From the NCBI RefSeq assembly GCF_009914755.1, contig NC_060941.1: a stretch of 64,000 bases of DNA; one strand, given 5' to 3'. This document shows positions 13,676 through 27,315 of this stretch, piece after piece. The notes below the pieces were generated by a model. The model was not told the origin of the DNA. It made no database searches and was given only the letters and a program-made list of their open reading frames with translations. The DNA comes from the human T2T-CHM13v2.0 reference genome, Homo sapiens. How positions within the stretch are numbered: position 1 is the first letter of the stretch; each line of letters opens with the position of its first letter. Both the position numbers and the translations under genes were made by a program.

Positions 13676-14619
13676 CAGAGCTGGCTTGTACCAACTTGCA
13701 AGAGCTGATTATTAAATTTTTAGGAATTTTGTGATCAAGCTGTTAAGCACAGCCATTATTAAAAAATTAAAAAGCTGGGTGTGGTGGCTTCCAGTACTCT
13801 GGGAGGCTGAGGTGGGTGGATCACTTGAGGTCAGGAGTTTGAGACTAGCCTGGCCAACATGGTGGAACCCTATCTCTACTAAAAATGCAAAAATTAGCCA
13901 GGCGTGGTGGCAGCCATCTGTCATCCCTGGTACTTGGGAGGCTGAGGCATGAGAATCACTTGAACCTGTGGTTCAAGGTGGAGGTTGCAGTTAGCCAAGA
14001 TTGTGCCACTGCACTCCAGCCTGGGCAACAGAGCGAGACTCTGTCTTAAAAAAAAATTAAACTATATAAAGATCCAATTAAATAAATTACATTAAAACAA
14101 ATGTAATAGTCAAGACTCATTCCTTCCTAATCATTTTGCAATGTCTTGTTATTACCTATGCCCTTGAGGTTATTCATGTCTATTACATCTGTATGTTGGA
14201 AATGCCATACAATGTTCAATGATATCATGTTGACAGCTTTAACGTAGCCCCAGAGAGAGTTATTTACACCACAGAGACTGGCAAACACTATAGATCAGAG
14301 CTTGATTTATGATTTTGCTGATTATCTAGACTTAAGAAGGCGATGAAGAAAATGTTAATAAAGCAAATTAAACTTAAAAATTTGACCCATTTGTAGCAGT
14401 TACATTGTGAATATAGGAAATAGTCTTTTGGCATTCAGAACTATTTTTCAATTTAGCAAAGAAGTAGCTTACAACATTGATGAACAAGTGAAGTGCTAAC
14501 ATACATCTTCATTGTTTCACTTTTGTCTTGCTTATTCACATAACAAAAATACCAACTGACATTCTTGTTGAAACTATACCTCGTGAGCTGGTTGCTAAAC
14601 AGTTACCAGAACATTATTG
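13676..14619 (+). mobile_element. MER63 (hAT-Blackjack) DNA transposon, interrupted by an Alu
   Basis: gagctggcttgtaccaacttgcaagagctgattattaaatttttaggaattttg ... gagctggttgctaaacagttaccagaacattattg. Confidence 0.85.
13773..14056 (+). mobile_element. AluS/J nested in MER63
   Basis: Dimer with small 5' deletion; flanked by aaaaaattaaa. Confidence 0.93.
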
Positions 14620-15276
14620 ACAGGATCCCATAAGGACAATCAGAACCTATGTCTGTTCCTCACTGCCTCCAATCATGTTGACACAGGTGACTTGAAGGAG
14701 AAGCTGGCATCCTTTATTGCAGAGCTGACCATATACCTGGCCCAAGACCTGGAAAAATTGAAGGAGGAGACCCAGAAGGAACTGGAGGAGCTACAGCTCA
14801 GGTGTTTCCCATACCAGCTCCCCACCAGAAAGGTGAGCTAGCAGTTGAGAGACATTGTGTGTAAACTGTGACATTGCCTGGTGCTTTTCACTGACCTTCT
14901 GAGAGTAATGGCTGGTGCTTCATTTCTGCTTCCCAAATCCTGTGCAAATTTCTCTTAGGGCCACCCTGAAACCGGAAGCATGACAGAAAGGGAGTTCTGA
15001 GAACTGTAGCTCTAGCTGAACTAGGTTGACATAGCCCTTCACCTTTCCTGCCTCCAGGACATGATGTGAGGCTGGGTGTGGACTTCACTGGGTCATGGGT
15101 GTGGACTTCACTGGGTCATGCAGCTGAAAGGGAGTTCTGAGAACCATAGCTCTAGCTGAGCTAAGTTGACATAGCACTTCACCTTTCCTGCCTCCAAGAC
15201 GTGATGTGAGACTGGATGTGGACTTCACTGGGTCATGCAGCTGTCTCTAGGCCTGGTGGGTTCCAGTGCTAGCTGC
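14532..15276 (-). repeat. Right arm of inverted duplication, with internal ~130-140-bp tandem duplication (14988-15126 / 15127-15246)
   Basis: Direct alignment with 12315-12920; aaagggagttctgagaac...gacttcactgggtcatg occurs twice. Confidence 0.97.
14686..14905 (+). other. APOA4-like coding fragment embedded in the LTR (non-functional)
   Basis: GDLKEKLASFIAELTIYLAQDLEKLKEETQKELEELQLR vs recalled ApoA-IV [39 protein letters not shown], 24/39 identical; mirrored at ~12547-12765 (-). Confidence 0.8.
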
Positions 15277-16665
15277 TGTCTCTCTGTAGGTGGGTGTTCA
15301 GATGGGTGTATGCATACATCAGTCAGCCAGGGCTTAGGGATGGGCCTCCTGTGCCAACACTTTGCCTTTGCCATCAATCCAGAACCTGGAGATGGGCTTT
15401 CTGGCACTGGGCTTCTGCATGAAGAAGTGGGATGATATCTCATACTAAGGGGTACCTAAATTAGTCTTTTTTGGGACACCCCATAGGCATGACAAAGTGT
15501 CTGAGCTGAAGCAGTGAAGGGGAAGGAAAATCCAGGAATAACTTCCTTCATGGAGAGATCCAGAATCAGCAAGTGCAGTCTTCCTTGATGGGCCAGCTGA
15601 GTACCACTGGTAAGGGCAGAAGTGGGTGTGCGGTTCATGGAGGTACAGTCACCCATCCCCCCCATCAATTGGATATGAGCACCAATTGGCTGTGAGCACC
15701 TTGGCCTCCCCTCAACAGCTGGATGTGAGCAGGCTCTCTGACTCCTCCCGATGGGCTGGCTCTCGGCTTGTTTGCCAGCACCTGCCAAGGTTTCTGTGGG
15801 TCCTGCCAGCTTTGCCAAACTGGAGGTTGTCAGATTCAGGGCAGTCAAGGACAAGGTCTTCATTTGTTTGGCTGTGAGCTCAGTCAGATGGACCAATATC
15901 TGCTCCAGTGTCTGAGCTGGGGGCTGAGCTGAGTGGCTTCAGTTAAGCATGACCTTGCCCAGCTGGTCTCCTTACCGGCGTCTGAGCCAGGCAGGCAAGG
16001 GTGGGTGAGATAGTTCCTGAGGAAGGGGCCCTGGAAAGGGCTGAAAAGGAGGCAGGAAGGGTCAGCCAACCAACATGACCATATCTCAGGTGTGTCTCAC
16101 TCTCTTCCTCATTGATGTAACTAGAAACGCCTCCCATTGCTGGGTCATTCCTCCTCGTGTCACACATCAAGCGATGACAAGGGTTACGCATGCCCATGCC
16201 ACTTGCCGCATGGCAGGTACTTCTTCACCAGCATGGCTGCATAAATTGGTCAAAGCAGGGCTGCTGGAGACGTGGGCAGAGCTGCTTCTCTCAGACCACA
16301 CACTCTGGCACCTGCCACCTGCTTCATGACCTGTGTCTCTGGATGACTTGGCTTTCAATCATCTGCTGCAGTCCTCCTGTGATGACCCTTTGCTCTCAGG
16401 TTCCAATAACAATTTTTTGTCCCTGCTGGGCTCTGGGCTTGTTGTCTAGGGCTTTCTCAGTGCACAAACCTTCAGTGGAGCACTCTGGGCCAGGCTACCG
16501 GCACTCCCTGTCTTGCTTGGCTTTGGCACTGGAGGACGGCCATTAGAATACAAAGACCTTTCCTACAAACCCTGGTGCTTCTGTCTGACCAAGTTGACCT
16601 TCTCACTAGGGCCAGCAGGGGCTAATTCCTCACACAATGGTGGAGGCAAGTAGGGGGTGAATACC
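15183..16665 (-). pseudogene. Candidate decayed large coding exon of an unidentified gene (494 codons in one frame, 10 stops)
   Basis: Acceptor tgttctttgccttcttaaag|G, putative donor AAG|gtgaag; ORFs 16167..16358, 15456..15896 and 15225..15443 share this frame; Pro/Ser/Ala-rich translation; no recognisable repeat. Confidence 0.5.
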
Positions 16666-16871
16666 CTTTAAGAAGGCAAAGAACATTTTTTTTTTAAATG
16701 TACAGCTGCTTTGGGCTGCAATACTGCCTGCAATTTCCTTCCTTCACTCCTTCTCTCCTCCTGTCATCATCTCTCCTTTTCTCTGTGAATGAGTCATGGT
16801 GAGATTGGCATGCTATGAGATGGTATTACAGTCAGAGGACCCAGGAGCTTCATTCTGTCCTTAAAGTTCCC

Positions 16872-17258
16872 AAGGCCATCTGAAGGCTCATTCGCTCATA
16901 TGTCTGTGGTTGCTGCTGGATGTTGGTTGGGGTGCTCACTTTCTCTCCGTGTGCTCTCTCTGTGTGGGCTAGTTTGAGCTTCCTCATAGCAAAATGATTG
17001 GCTTCTGCAGAGCAAGACTCCCTAAAACAGTGTGACCCAGGTGGAAGTGCCGTGTTTTCTATGACCTAGCCTTGGAAGGTGCATAACATCACTTCTGCTG
17101 AGCTCTATTGGTTGGGGCGATCCCAAGCCTGACCAGTTTCATGGAGAGGGAGCAAAGATCCCACTTCTCAGTGGGAGGAATGTTGAAGTCACATTGCATG
17201 AGAGGCATGTAACATGAGAGATATTGCTGCATCATATAGGAAAATACCATCTGCCACA
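16872..17258 (-). mobile_element. MaLR LTR (MLT1H-like)
   Basis: tatgacctagccttggaag...catcacttctgctgagctctattggt...aaaataccatctgccaca. Confidence 0.8.
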
Positions 17259-17529
17259 GAGGCAAAGGAATCTTTTCAAAAATAGCTGAGGTTTTGATGC
17301 TCAAATCTTGATGTGGAATTCAAGTGGACTGGTTGCACCCTGTGAACAGCTTCTTTCTTCTACACTTCTTAAGCCTAAACAGCTTTAGGACCAAGACCAG
17401 GAGGTTCACACTTTTCTGTTTCACCTCTTACTGCTCAAACCCAAATCTTAAATCTTATTGTTGCAATGCAAGGAAAAGCCAACACGAGGGGGAATGGATC
17501 TAGGGAGGAAGAGAAAGAGCATTTTCTCA

Positions 17530-17824
17530 GGCTGGGTGCAGTGGCTCACATCTGTAATGCCAGCACTTTAGGAGGCCGAGGCAGGCAGATCACCTGAGGT
17601 CGGGAGTTCAAGACCAGCCTGGCCAACATGGCAAAACCCCGTCTCTACTAAAAATACAAAAATTAGCTGGGTGCAGTGGCAGGTGCCTTTAATCCCAGTT
17701 ACCTGGGAGGCTGAGACAGAATTGCTTCAACCTGGGAGGTGGAGGTTGCAGTGAGCTGAGATTGCGCCACTGCACTCTGACCTGGATGACAGAGTAAGAC
17801 TCCGTCTTGGGGGGGAAAAAAAAA
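17530..17824 (+). mobile_element. AluS
   Basis: Full dimer; TSD a(g/a)agcattttc. Confidence 0.95.
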
Positions 17825-17914
17825 GCATTTTCCCTAAGGCCTAGGGCATAATTGTCCCTAGCTGTCCTCCCCCTGCCCTTCCAGACCTAGACAGTGTCCC
17901 TGGGACTGGCTACT

Positions 17915-18441
17915 TGTAATTCTTGGGGTTCTCCAGAGGACAAAAGTCAAGATTTATGATAAGGAATTGGCTTTGGTGATTATGGATGCTGACAAGTCCC
18001 AAGGTCTTCAGGGTGAGTTGGCAAGCTGGAAACCTGGGAGAGCTGAAGAAGTGGCTCCAGTTCAAGTTCGAAGACCTGAGAACCAGGAGAGAACCGGGAG
18101 AGCCAATGGTGTAGCTCCAGTCTGAAGGCTGGAAAGCTCAAGGCCCAGGAGGAGCTGATGCTTGAGTTTGTGTCCAAAGATAGAGAAAGCTCCAGTTGGA
18201 AGGCAGTCTGGTAGGAGGAATCCTCTCTTAATTGGAGGAGGGTCACCCTTTTGGTTTATTCAGGCCCACCTGGCTGGATGAGCCCCACCCACTGTAGAGA
18301 GGGAAATCTGCAGTACTCAGTGTATAGATGTAAATGTTAATGTCATTAACAGAAACACCCAGAATAGTGTTTGATCAAATATCTGGGCACACCGTGGCCT
18401 AGCATGGCCCAGTCAAATTGACGCATAAAATTAGCTGTCAC
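17915..18441 (-). mobile_element. ERVL MLT2 (MLT2B/C-like) LTR
   Basis: gggttctccagag...gatttatgataaggaattggct...ggcccagtcaaattgacgcataaaattagctgtcac. Confidence 0.85.
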
Positions 18442-18595
18442 GTTACAGTGTAGGAGAGAGGGGTTAAAGAGCAGAAGCAAGCTGGCCACCATGAAAGAGA
18501 AGCTTTTCCATCCACTGAAAATTCTGCCCCTACAAACATCAGTCCAACCAGTGTCCTGAAATCCAACTAACCAGGCCGTGCCTCTTCCTCCTTAC

Positions 18596-18637
18596 AGAAT
18601 GAACATCCTTCTTCTTCACCCTTGATTCCCATTCATC
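18596..18637 (-). pseudogene. Candidate 42-nt first coding exon of the decayed gene (MNGNQG*RRRMFIL)
   Basis: Long pyrimidine tract ctcctctttcttcatccttctctccccacaag|G-ATG and donor TCT|gtaagg; phase 2 matches the 16665 acceptor. Confidence 0.4.
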
Positions 18638-18694
18638 CTTGTGGGGAGAGAAGGATGAAGAAAGAGGAGCTTTAGGTCTTCTGCAAGTCAGACT

Positions 18695-18800
18695 CCATTC
18701 ATTCACTGAGTACTGAGCCAGGCCACCTGCCAGGCACTGGGACCATGAGATGAATCTTACCAGTCCCTGCCTTCAAGGAACTCACAACCTATAGAGGAAG
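18695..18800 (-). mobile_element. L2 3' end
   Basis: cattcattcactgagtactgag...tgccaggcactggg...ccctgccttcaaggaactcaca. Confidence 0.7.
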
Positions 18801-19033
18801 AGCGGACAGGCTGGGAAGTAGGAGGAGATAGTGGCCTCCAGGCTCCTCCATCCAGACAGGTGATGTTACCCCACCATACTGCTCCAGAAACAGCAGTGGC
18901 TCCCCACAACACGCCCAGCTCATTTGCACAGAGCATTAAGTTTCTCACGTCGGCTCCTAGCCTCCTAACTACTCACAGGTGTCCCTCCACCTGTCCTGTG
19001 CTCCCCTGTTTTGCTCTGTCCTCTAAGGCCTGA

Positions 19034-19850
<817 letters not shown>

Positions 19851-19855
19851 AAAAA

Positions 19856-20230
19856 ATTTTAATGGGTACATAATAATTGTACATATTTATGGAGTACATG
19901 TGATATTTTGATTCATGCATACCATTTGTAACGATCAAATCAGGGTATTTGGGCTCTGCATCACCTTAAACATTTATTATTTCTTTGTGTTGGGAACATT
20001 CCAAATCCACTCCTCTAGCTGTTTTGAAATATACAGTAAGTTATTGTTAACTATAGTGACGCTGCTGTAGTGTTGAACACTAGATATTGTCCTTCTATCC
20101 AGCAGTGTTTTCCCATTACAAACCCCTCTTTATCCACCATCCCCACTCCTTTTCCGAGCTTCTGGTAACTATTATTCTACTCTCTACCTCCAGGGGATCA
20201 ATTTTTTTTTTAATCTCTCACATATGAGTA
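19856..20230 (-). mobile_element. L1MA 3' UTR fragment
   Basis: acataataattgtacatatttatggagtacatgtgatattttga...aacattccaaatccactcctctagct. Confidence 0.85.
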
Positions 20231-20747
20231 AGATTTGAATTTCAGCGAGGGCTGCTCTTAACCTCTAAGATCTATGGCCTGCCTATTTGGCATAAGGCGG
20301 GGAGCATAAATGCAGGTTCCCTGGACTAAGACCTGAGAGTGGGTGAGTTGGGGATCCTGTGGGGCTGTGTGCAGGTGGCTGTTTTTCAAGGGGTGGTAGG
20401 ATGGTAGCTCTCTGGACTGCAGGGTCCTCAGAGAGGGCTGGGTCCTGCTGGGGCACAATAAACCAGAAGGCTGCTCAGCTGAACAGTAAACAGGGCCTTC
20501 CCCAGCTATGGAAAGAAACCAGGCCTGGCATTGGCAGTGAAAATGGCTCCTGGGCACAACTCCCACCTCCTCAGCCTCAGACTGGAAGGCTGTCAGCTTT
20601 GCTTGTCTCATCTGACTGAATGACAGCAATGTGTAGGAGTCGGGAAAGCAGGGGATCCCTTAATAGATCGGACGCCTCTCAGCCCTGAGGCTCCAGCTCC
20701 ACTTTTTGGGCAGACAGCATCAGTGCATAAAACTTCATCAGCCTCTG

Positions 20748-20920
20748 CAGGGCCGGGACTGGGGCGAGGCAAGTGCAAGTGAGGCACCCACAAAATTTAA
20801 GGGGGCACCAAACAACTCGGTAATGAAGATAAGCAGTATTTTAATGATATCTGAAAACCCCAATTAATACAAAATACTCATGATGAAATAATAGCAACAT
20901 TTTAAATCAAGGCAGGATCA
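20748..20920 (+). mobile_element. hAT-Tip100-type DNA transposon fragment
   Basis: Terminus cagggccgggactggggcgaggcaagt...caaaatttaagggggcacca. Confidence 0.6.
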
Positions 20921-21088
20921 ATAGGACAGAAGGCTTTTATGAATTCTGAGGCACAGCTATGTGGTCTAATGAACAGGTGAGCTGGCCTCCCAAAGCTCTG
21001 AGCCTCCAGGGAACTATGACATTCTGCTGTGTTTGTCCTTGACCCCATGGAACCAAACTGCATTTCATTTATTTATTTATTTATTTAG

Positions 21089-21426
<338 letters not shown>

Positions 21427-21787
21427 TACTAAGCATTTTTAGTGCAGATAAGCCTATCATTTGAAAAGAATGACAAATTTGTATTTAATAGCTTTCTTTC
21501 CAGTTCTTTTTACAGTTTAAATTTTAATTAATTGATTAATTTTTATAAAATCCAGATCCTGTGCAATCTTTCCAGTCCTTACTCTCTAGCACACTAGCTA
21601 GACTTCCAGTACAATTTTTAATAGTGCTGTCAATAGCAGACATCCTTGTCTTTTTCCTGATTTAATTGGGAAGCAGCCTAAATTTTTATTATTAACTATA
21701 ATGTTTACTGGACATTTTTGATACCTATGCTTTATTTGGTGTGGAAATGACATTCTATTTGTATTTTGCTAAGAGTTTCCTTCCCTC

Positions 21788-22081
<294 letters not shown>

Positions 22082-22560
22082 GAGTTTTCTTCCCTCTTTT
22101 AAAAAATCATGAATGTGGTAAATGTTATTGAGTGGTTTTGGTGTATCTTTTGAAATGATCATATAATTTTTCTCCATAATCTGTTAATATGTTGAATTAG
22201 GTCAAAATATTTCCTAATTTTGAGCTACCTTCGCATTTCTGGAAGGTATTTGGACATAATTATATTTTTTGGACATAATTATATTTTGCATACTGCTGGA
22301 GAGGATTTGCCACTATTTTCTTTAAGATTTTTGTATCTCTGTTAATAAACTTAAAAGTCTGATTTTACTGTTTTATACTGTCCTTGTCCAGTTTGGTAGC
22401 AAGAACATACTAGCCTTATAAAATGAGAAGCGTTATCCACCCTACACCCCCCAATTCTCTGAATAAGCTTTTGTAAAATAAGAATTACTTGTTTTTGAGG
22501 GTTTGGTAAAACTTGCTTCTGTAACTGTCTGGGCTTGGTGTCTTTGGAAAGGGAGATATT

Positions 22561-22888
22561 TTCTTTCTTCTTTTTCTTTCTTTCTTTCTTTTTTTTTTTT
22601 TTTTTGAGACAGAGTCTCACTCTGTTGCCAAGGCTGGAGTGCAGTGGTGCAATCTTGGCTCACTGCAACCTCCGCTTCCTGGGTTCAAGCGATTCTCCTG
22701 CCTCAGCCTCCTGAGTAGCTAGAATTACAGGCACGCGCCACCATGCCTGGCTAATTTTTGTATTTTTAGTAGAGATGGGGTTTCATCATGTTTGCCAGAC
22801 TGGTCTCAAACTCCCAATCTCAAGTGATCTGCCCGCCTCAGCCTCCCCAAACTGCTGGGATTACAGGCGTGAGCCGCTGTGCCTGGCC
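22561..22888 (-). mobile_element. AluS
   Basis: Full dimer. Confidence 0.95.
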
Positions 22889-23975
22889 CCATTATATTTT
22901 CTTGACGTTATTGGTTTATTTAAGTTTTTTATGTATCTTCCAGTTAGTTTTTAGGATTTATGTTGTTACAGAAAATTGTTCATGTCTCATTGACTTGAAG
23001 TTCATATTTTTCTTGTGTGGTTTCAAGTATTTATTGTATCCTTTTTCCTTGTTTGAGGTTTGTCTATATTGTTGATCTTTTAAAGAGTCTGTTTTTGGTC
23101 AATCCTCTCTAAGACTTTCTCCCTTTCATTAATTTCTGCTCCCATTTTTATTATTTCTTTTATTCTACCCTGATTTTCTTTTCCTAGCTTCTTCAGTTGA
23201 ACAAGGAACTCATTTATTTTTAATCTTTCTTCATTTTTAATAAATACATTGAAGGCTAAATTTTTCCTCTAGGCAGAGCTTTAATCATGTCCTGCAGATT
23301 TTGCATCAAGCATAGTGATTGTCATTTAGCGCTAAATATTTCATAAGTTTTCATTGTGAATTTCTTTTTTAACCCATGTTATTTGGGAGCATATTTTTTC
23401 TTCTCCAAATGCATCTTAAACTACTTTCATTGTTGAATTGTAATACAAATGAATTGGTTGGAGAACATAGTCTGTGTGACACGGATTCTTTCAAATTTGT
23501 TGGTACTGTCTTCGTGACCCAGTGCATTGTCGATGTTTATAACATGCTTTGCGTGTCTGAAACGAATTAATATTCCATGCTTATTGGGAGGAAGATTCCA
23601 GATTTATCTATTACATCAAGACTTTTAATTATGTGGTTCGAATAATCAATATCCTTACTGCTTGATTTATTTGTCTCTGGGGAGGTACACTAAACTCTTC
23701 CTCTGTGATTGGGTATTTGTCAATATTTCCTTGGAACTCTACCAGTTTTTGCTTTATATATTTAAGACAGGATATTTAGACTCACAGGAGTTTATGATTG
23801 TTCTGTCTCTTTGGTGGACTGTGTTCCTTTTTATCATTATGTTTAATAATAATGCCTCATTATTTCTCTTATAGCTTTTTGCCTCCAATTCTGGCTACAT
23901 TAGCATTGCTTAAATATTCGCTAAGGATGGGTTCTTTTTTGTCCCTTTATTTCAAAGTTTCTCTGTCACATGTAA

Positions 23976-24383
<408 letters not shown>

Positions 24384-25029
24384 CCATTTTGTGTTTTTCT
24401 TTATTTTTTCTGCTTCATTTTTTAGCTGCTGTTAGATTGATAAAGTTTTATTTTTTCCATTTCTCCTGCTGACTCAGAGACTATACATTATATTAGTCTT
24501 CTTTTAGCAATGAGATGTGTATTTTTAGCATTTCTATTTTTAAGAAATTCTATTTTTATTTCTATTTATAAGAAAACTATTAAGTTTTTTAAATAAAGTC
24601 AAAGGTTATTCATTATTTATATTCTCCTTCAGGTAAGACTTTAGCATACTTTACCCATAGAACCTTTGAATCTTTCATGTACAATAAAACCTTGAATCTT
24701 TCTCATTATTGCTGTCCAGACTTTTGTTCTAGACATTATTATTGTTTGGTAATTATATAGTAATAAAAGAGCACTACTTAGTAATTTATTAAATTTATTA
24801 ACATTTTACCAGTTTCTGAGTTTACCTTTGTTTCTTGCATGACACTTTTCCTCTGGATTCACTTTTCTTTTTGCTAAAGTACATTCTTTGCCAATTCTTT
24901 CAGTTAGTTTCCCTGGATGGCAAACAGTTTTATGTCTGAAAATGTCTTATTTTCACTTTCAGTCTTGAATGACAGTTTAGTTGAGGATATTATTCTAGGC
25001 TTCCAGTTACTTGAATTAATTAATTAATT

Positions 25030-25327
25030 AATTATTATTTTTTTAGAGATAGGGTCTGGTTCTTTTACCTGGGCTGGAGTGGAGTGTCACAAACATGGTT
25101 CACTGCATCCTCGACCTCCTGGGTTCCAGCAGTTCTCCTGCCTCAGCCTCCAAGTAGCCAGGACTGCAGGCATGTGCCACCACTCCCAGCTGGTTTTGTA
25201 TTTTTGGTAGAGATGGGGTTTCACTGTGTTGCCCAGGCTGGTCTTGAACTCCTGAGCTCAGGAAATCCACCTGCCTCGGCCTCCTAAAGTGCTGGGATTA
25301 TGGGCATGAGCCGCTGAGCCCTGCCGG
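25030..25327 (-). mobile_element. AluJ
   Basis: Diverged dimer; TSD ggcttccagtta. Confidence 0.9.
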
Positions 25328-26822
25328 CTTCCAGTTATTTTTGCTCAGCCTTTTGAAGATACGACTTCATTGCCTTCTATCCTCTATTGTAGTCTGAGAA
25401 ACTTACAGTCATTAGATTGTTTTGTTTTGCAGCTAATCTGTCTGATTTTTCTTTATCTGATAGTTTTTTAAAATAACTTTTTCTTTACCCTGATATTCTA
25501 TAGATTCACTGTGGTATATAAATAGGTGTAGTTTTAAGACATTTATTCTATTTAGTATACGTCTTTGAGGATGCACATTTTTCTTCAATTCTGGAAAATC
25601 CTCAGCCCTTACCTCTTTGGAAATTCCTTCCTCATAGCCCCCCTCTATTATCTTCTGGAGCTATTATTTCAACACATATTTGAGCCAGAGTTTTTTTTTT
25701 TTTTGTTTAATAGCTCTTTCCTATTTTTCTTTATTTCTTTAGGCTGTGTTCTTAGTGATTAAATTAGCACCATCATCCAATGTACTTATTCTCTCTTTGA
25801 CTTTATTCTCTAGCATTGATTCCTTCTTTTATTCTCTAGCATTGATTCCTTCTATTGAAAAGTATTGTAAATGAAATGCCTATTTTGTGTTCAGCATTTT
25901 ACATCTGTTTCTTTTTTTAAATGTCCACCCTACCTTGTTATATTTTTGCTTGCTTTTGTTTCACAATTTCTCATTGTTATTAGTCATGCTATTTCTTCCT
26001 TTATCCATTGTGGATCTTAAATAATAAAAAATATTTTCTGATTGCTTTATTATTTTACTTTCCCGGGCTGCATCAACCTTCTGAGTATGGTTTTGTCAGC
26101 TGTTTTTCTTAGCATTAGATTTCCTCATATGCTTCAGAACTTAGCTTTGTAGGATAATTATGTATGATTACTATGGGAATCCACTCAACTCCCTCAACCC
26201 CCAATTCAACTTTTGTGGTCATCTCCAACCCAGTCATGAGGCTTCTGTCCAAGGACTGGTCTCATGTTGGTGGTTGGGGCTCTGGTTCTTTAAGGAGACA
26301 GAGGAAGATGCAGATCCAAGAACTTGGCTGGTTTGCCTATAGGTCCTGGCTGGAAGGCTGCACATCCCCACTCCTACCTTCGTCATCACTGAGCTACATA
26401 TAAACCACAACCCTGGGCCAGATACATTGCAGTTGGTTTCAAACTCCTTCCCTGACCAGGGAAATCCTATCCCAGGCCCAGTAAGTCTGGATCAATATCC
26501 CTACATTTTTAGTTCCTTGTACCCCACAGGATAGAGCTCCAGCCACCCCACAAGATAGAGCTCCAGCCACCTCTTCCTGCATCTTGGCCCCAGTCCAGCA
26601 GACCTGCAATTCAGTCAGCTTTTTTCTTTGTTCTTTTCTACCATTTCTAGTCCAGAAAAATACTTATCTTACTTTTGAAGGTGGCTATGTCTTCTTAGCT
26701 TTTGTTGTTAATATTTTATCTATGAGTGCTACGTGTTGGGATCAGAGGGAGAGCTTGAAGTATGAACTTACAGTATCATCTTGGCTGGGAGGCTCCATTA
26801 GTGTTCAAACCATTTGTAGTTA

Positions 26823-27146
<324 letters not shown>

Positions 27147-27315
27147 CTAAAACATCATAACTGACAGAAGTACTTATCTCATAAGATTGTTCTGAGGACA
27201 AAGTGGGATTTTCCAATGTGAACACTCTGAATGGTGTCTGACATTGAGAAAGGCTCAATAAAAGGCAGCTATTACTTTAATTGCTTTTGTTGTCTACTGT
27301 TTCCACATGTGTTTC

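Larger units (their letters stand above)
13427..15040 (-). mobile_element. ERVL LTR41-like LTR split by MER63 (pieces ~13427-13675 and ~14620-15040)
   Basis: Starts tgtatcagtcagggtttgaac on the + strand, ends aagggagttctgagaactgtagctctagctgaactaggttgaca; resembles the recalled LTR41 consensus. Confidence 0.75.

Noticed and set aside
12610-14841. Twin 74-aa ORFs as a duplicated apolipoprotein gene
   Set aside because: Non-ATG starts, no signal peptide or exon structure, stops interrupt the APOA4-like region, and both lie inside an LTR
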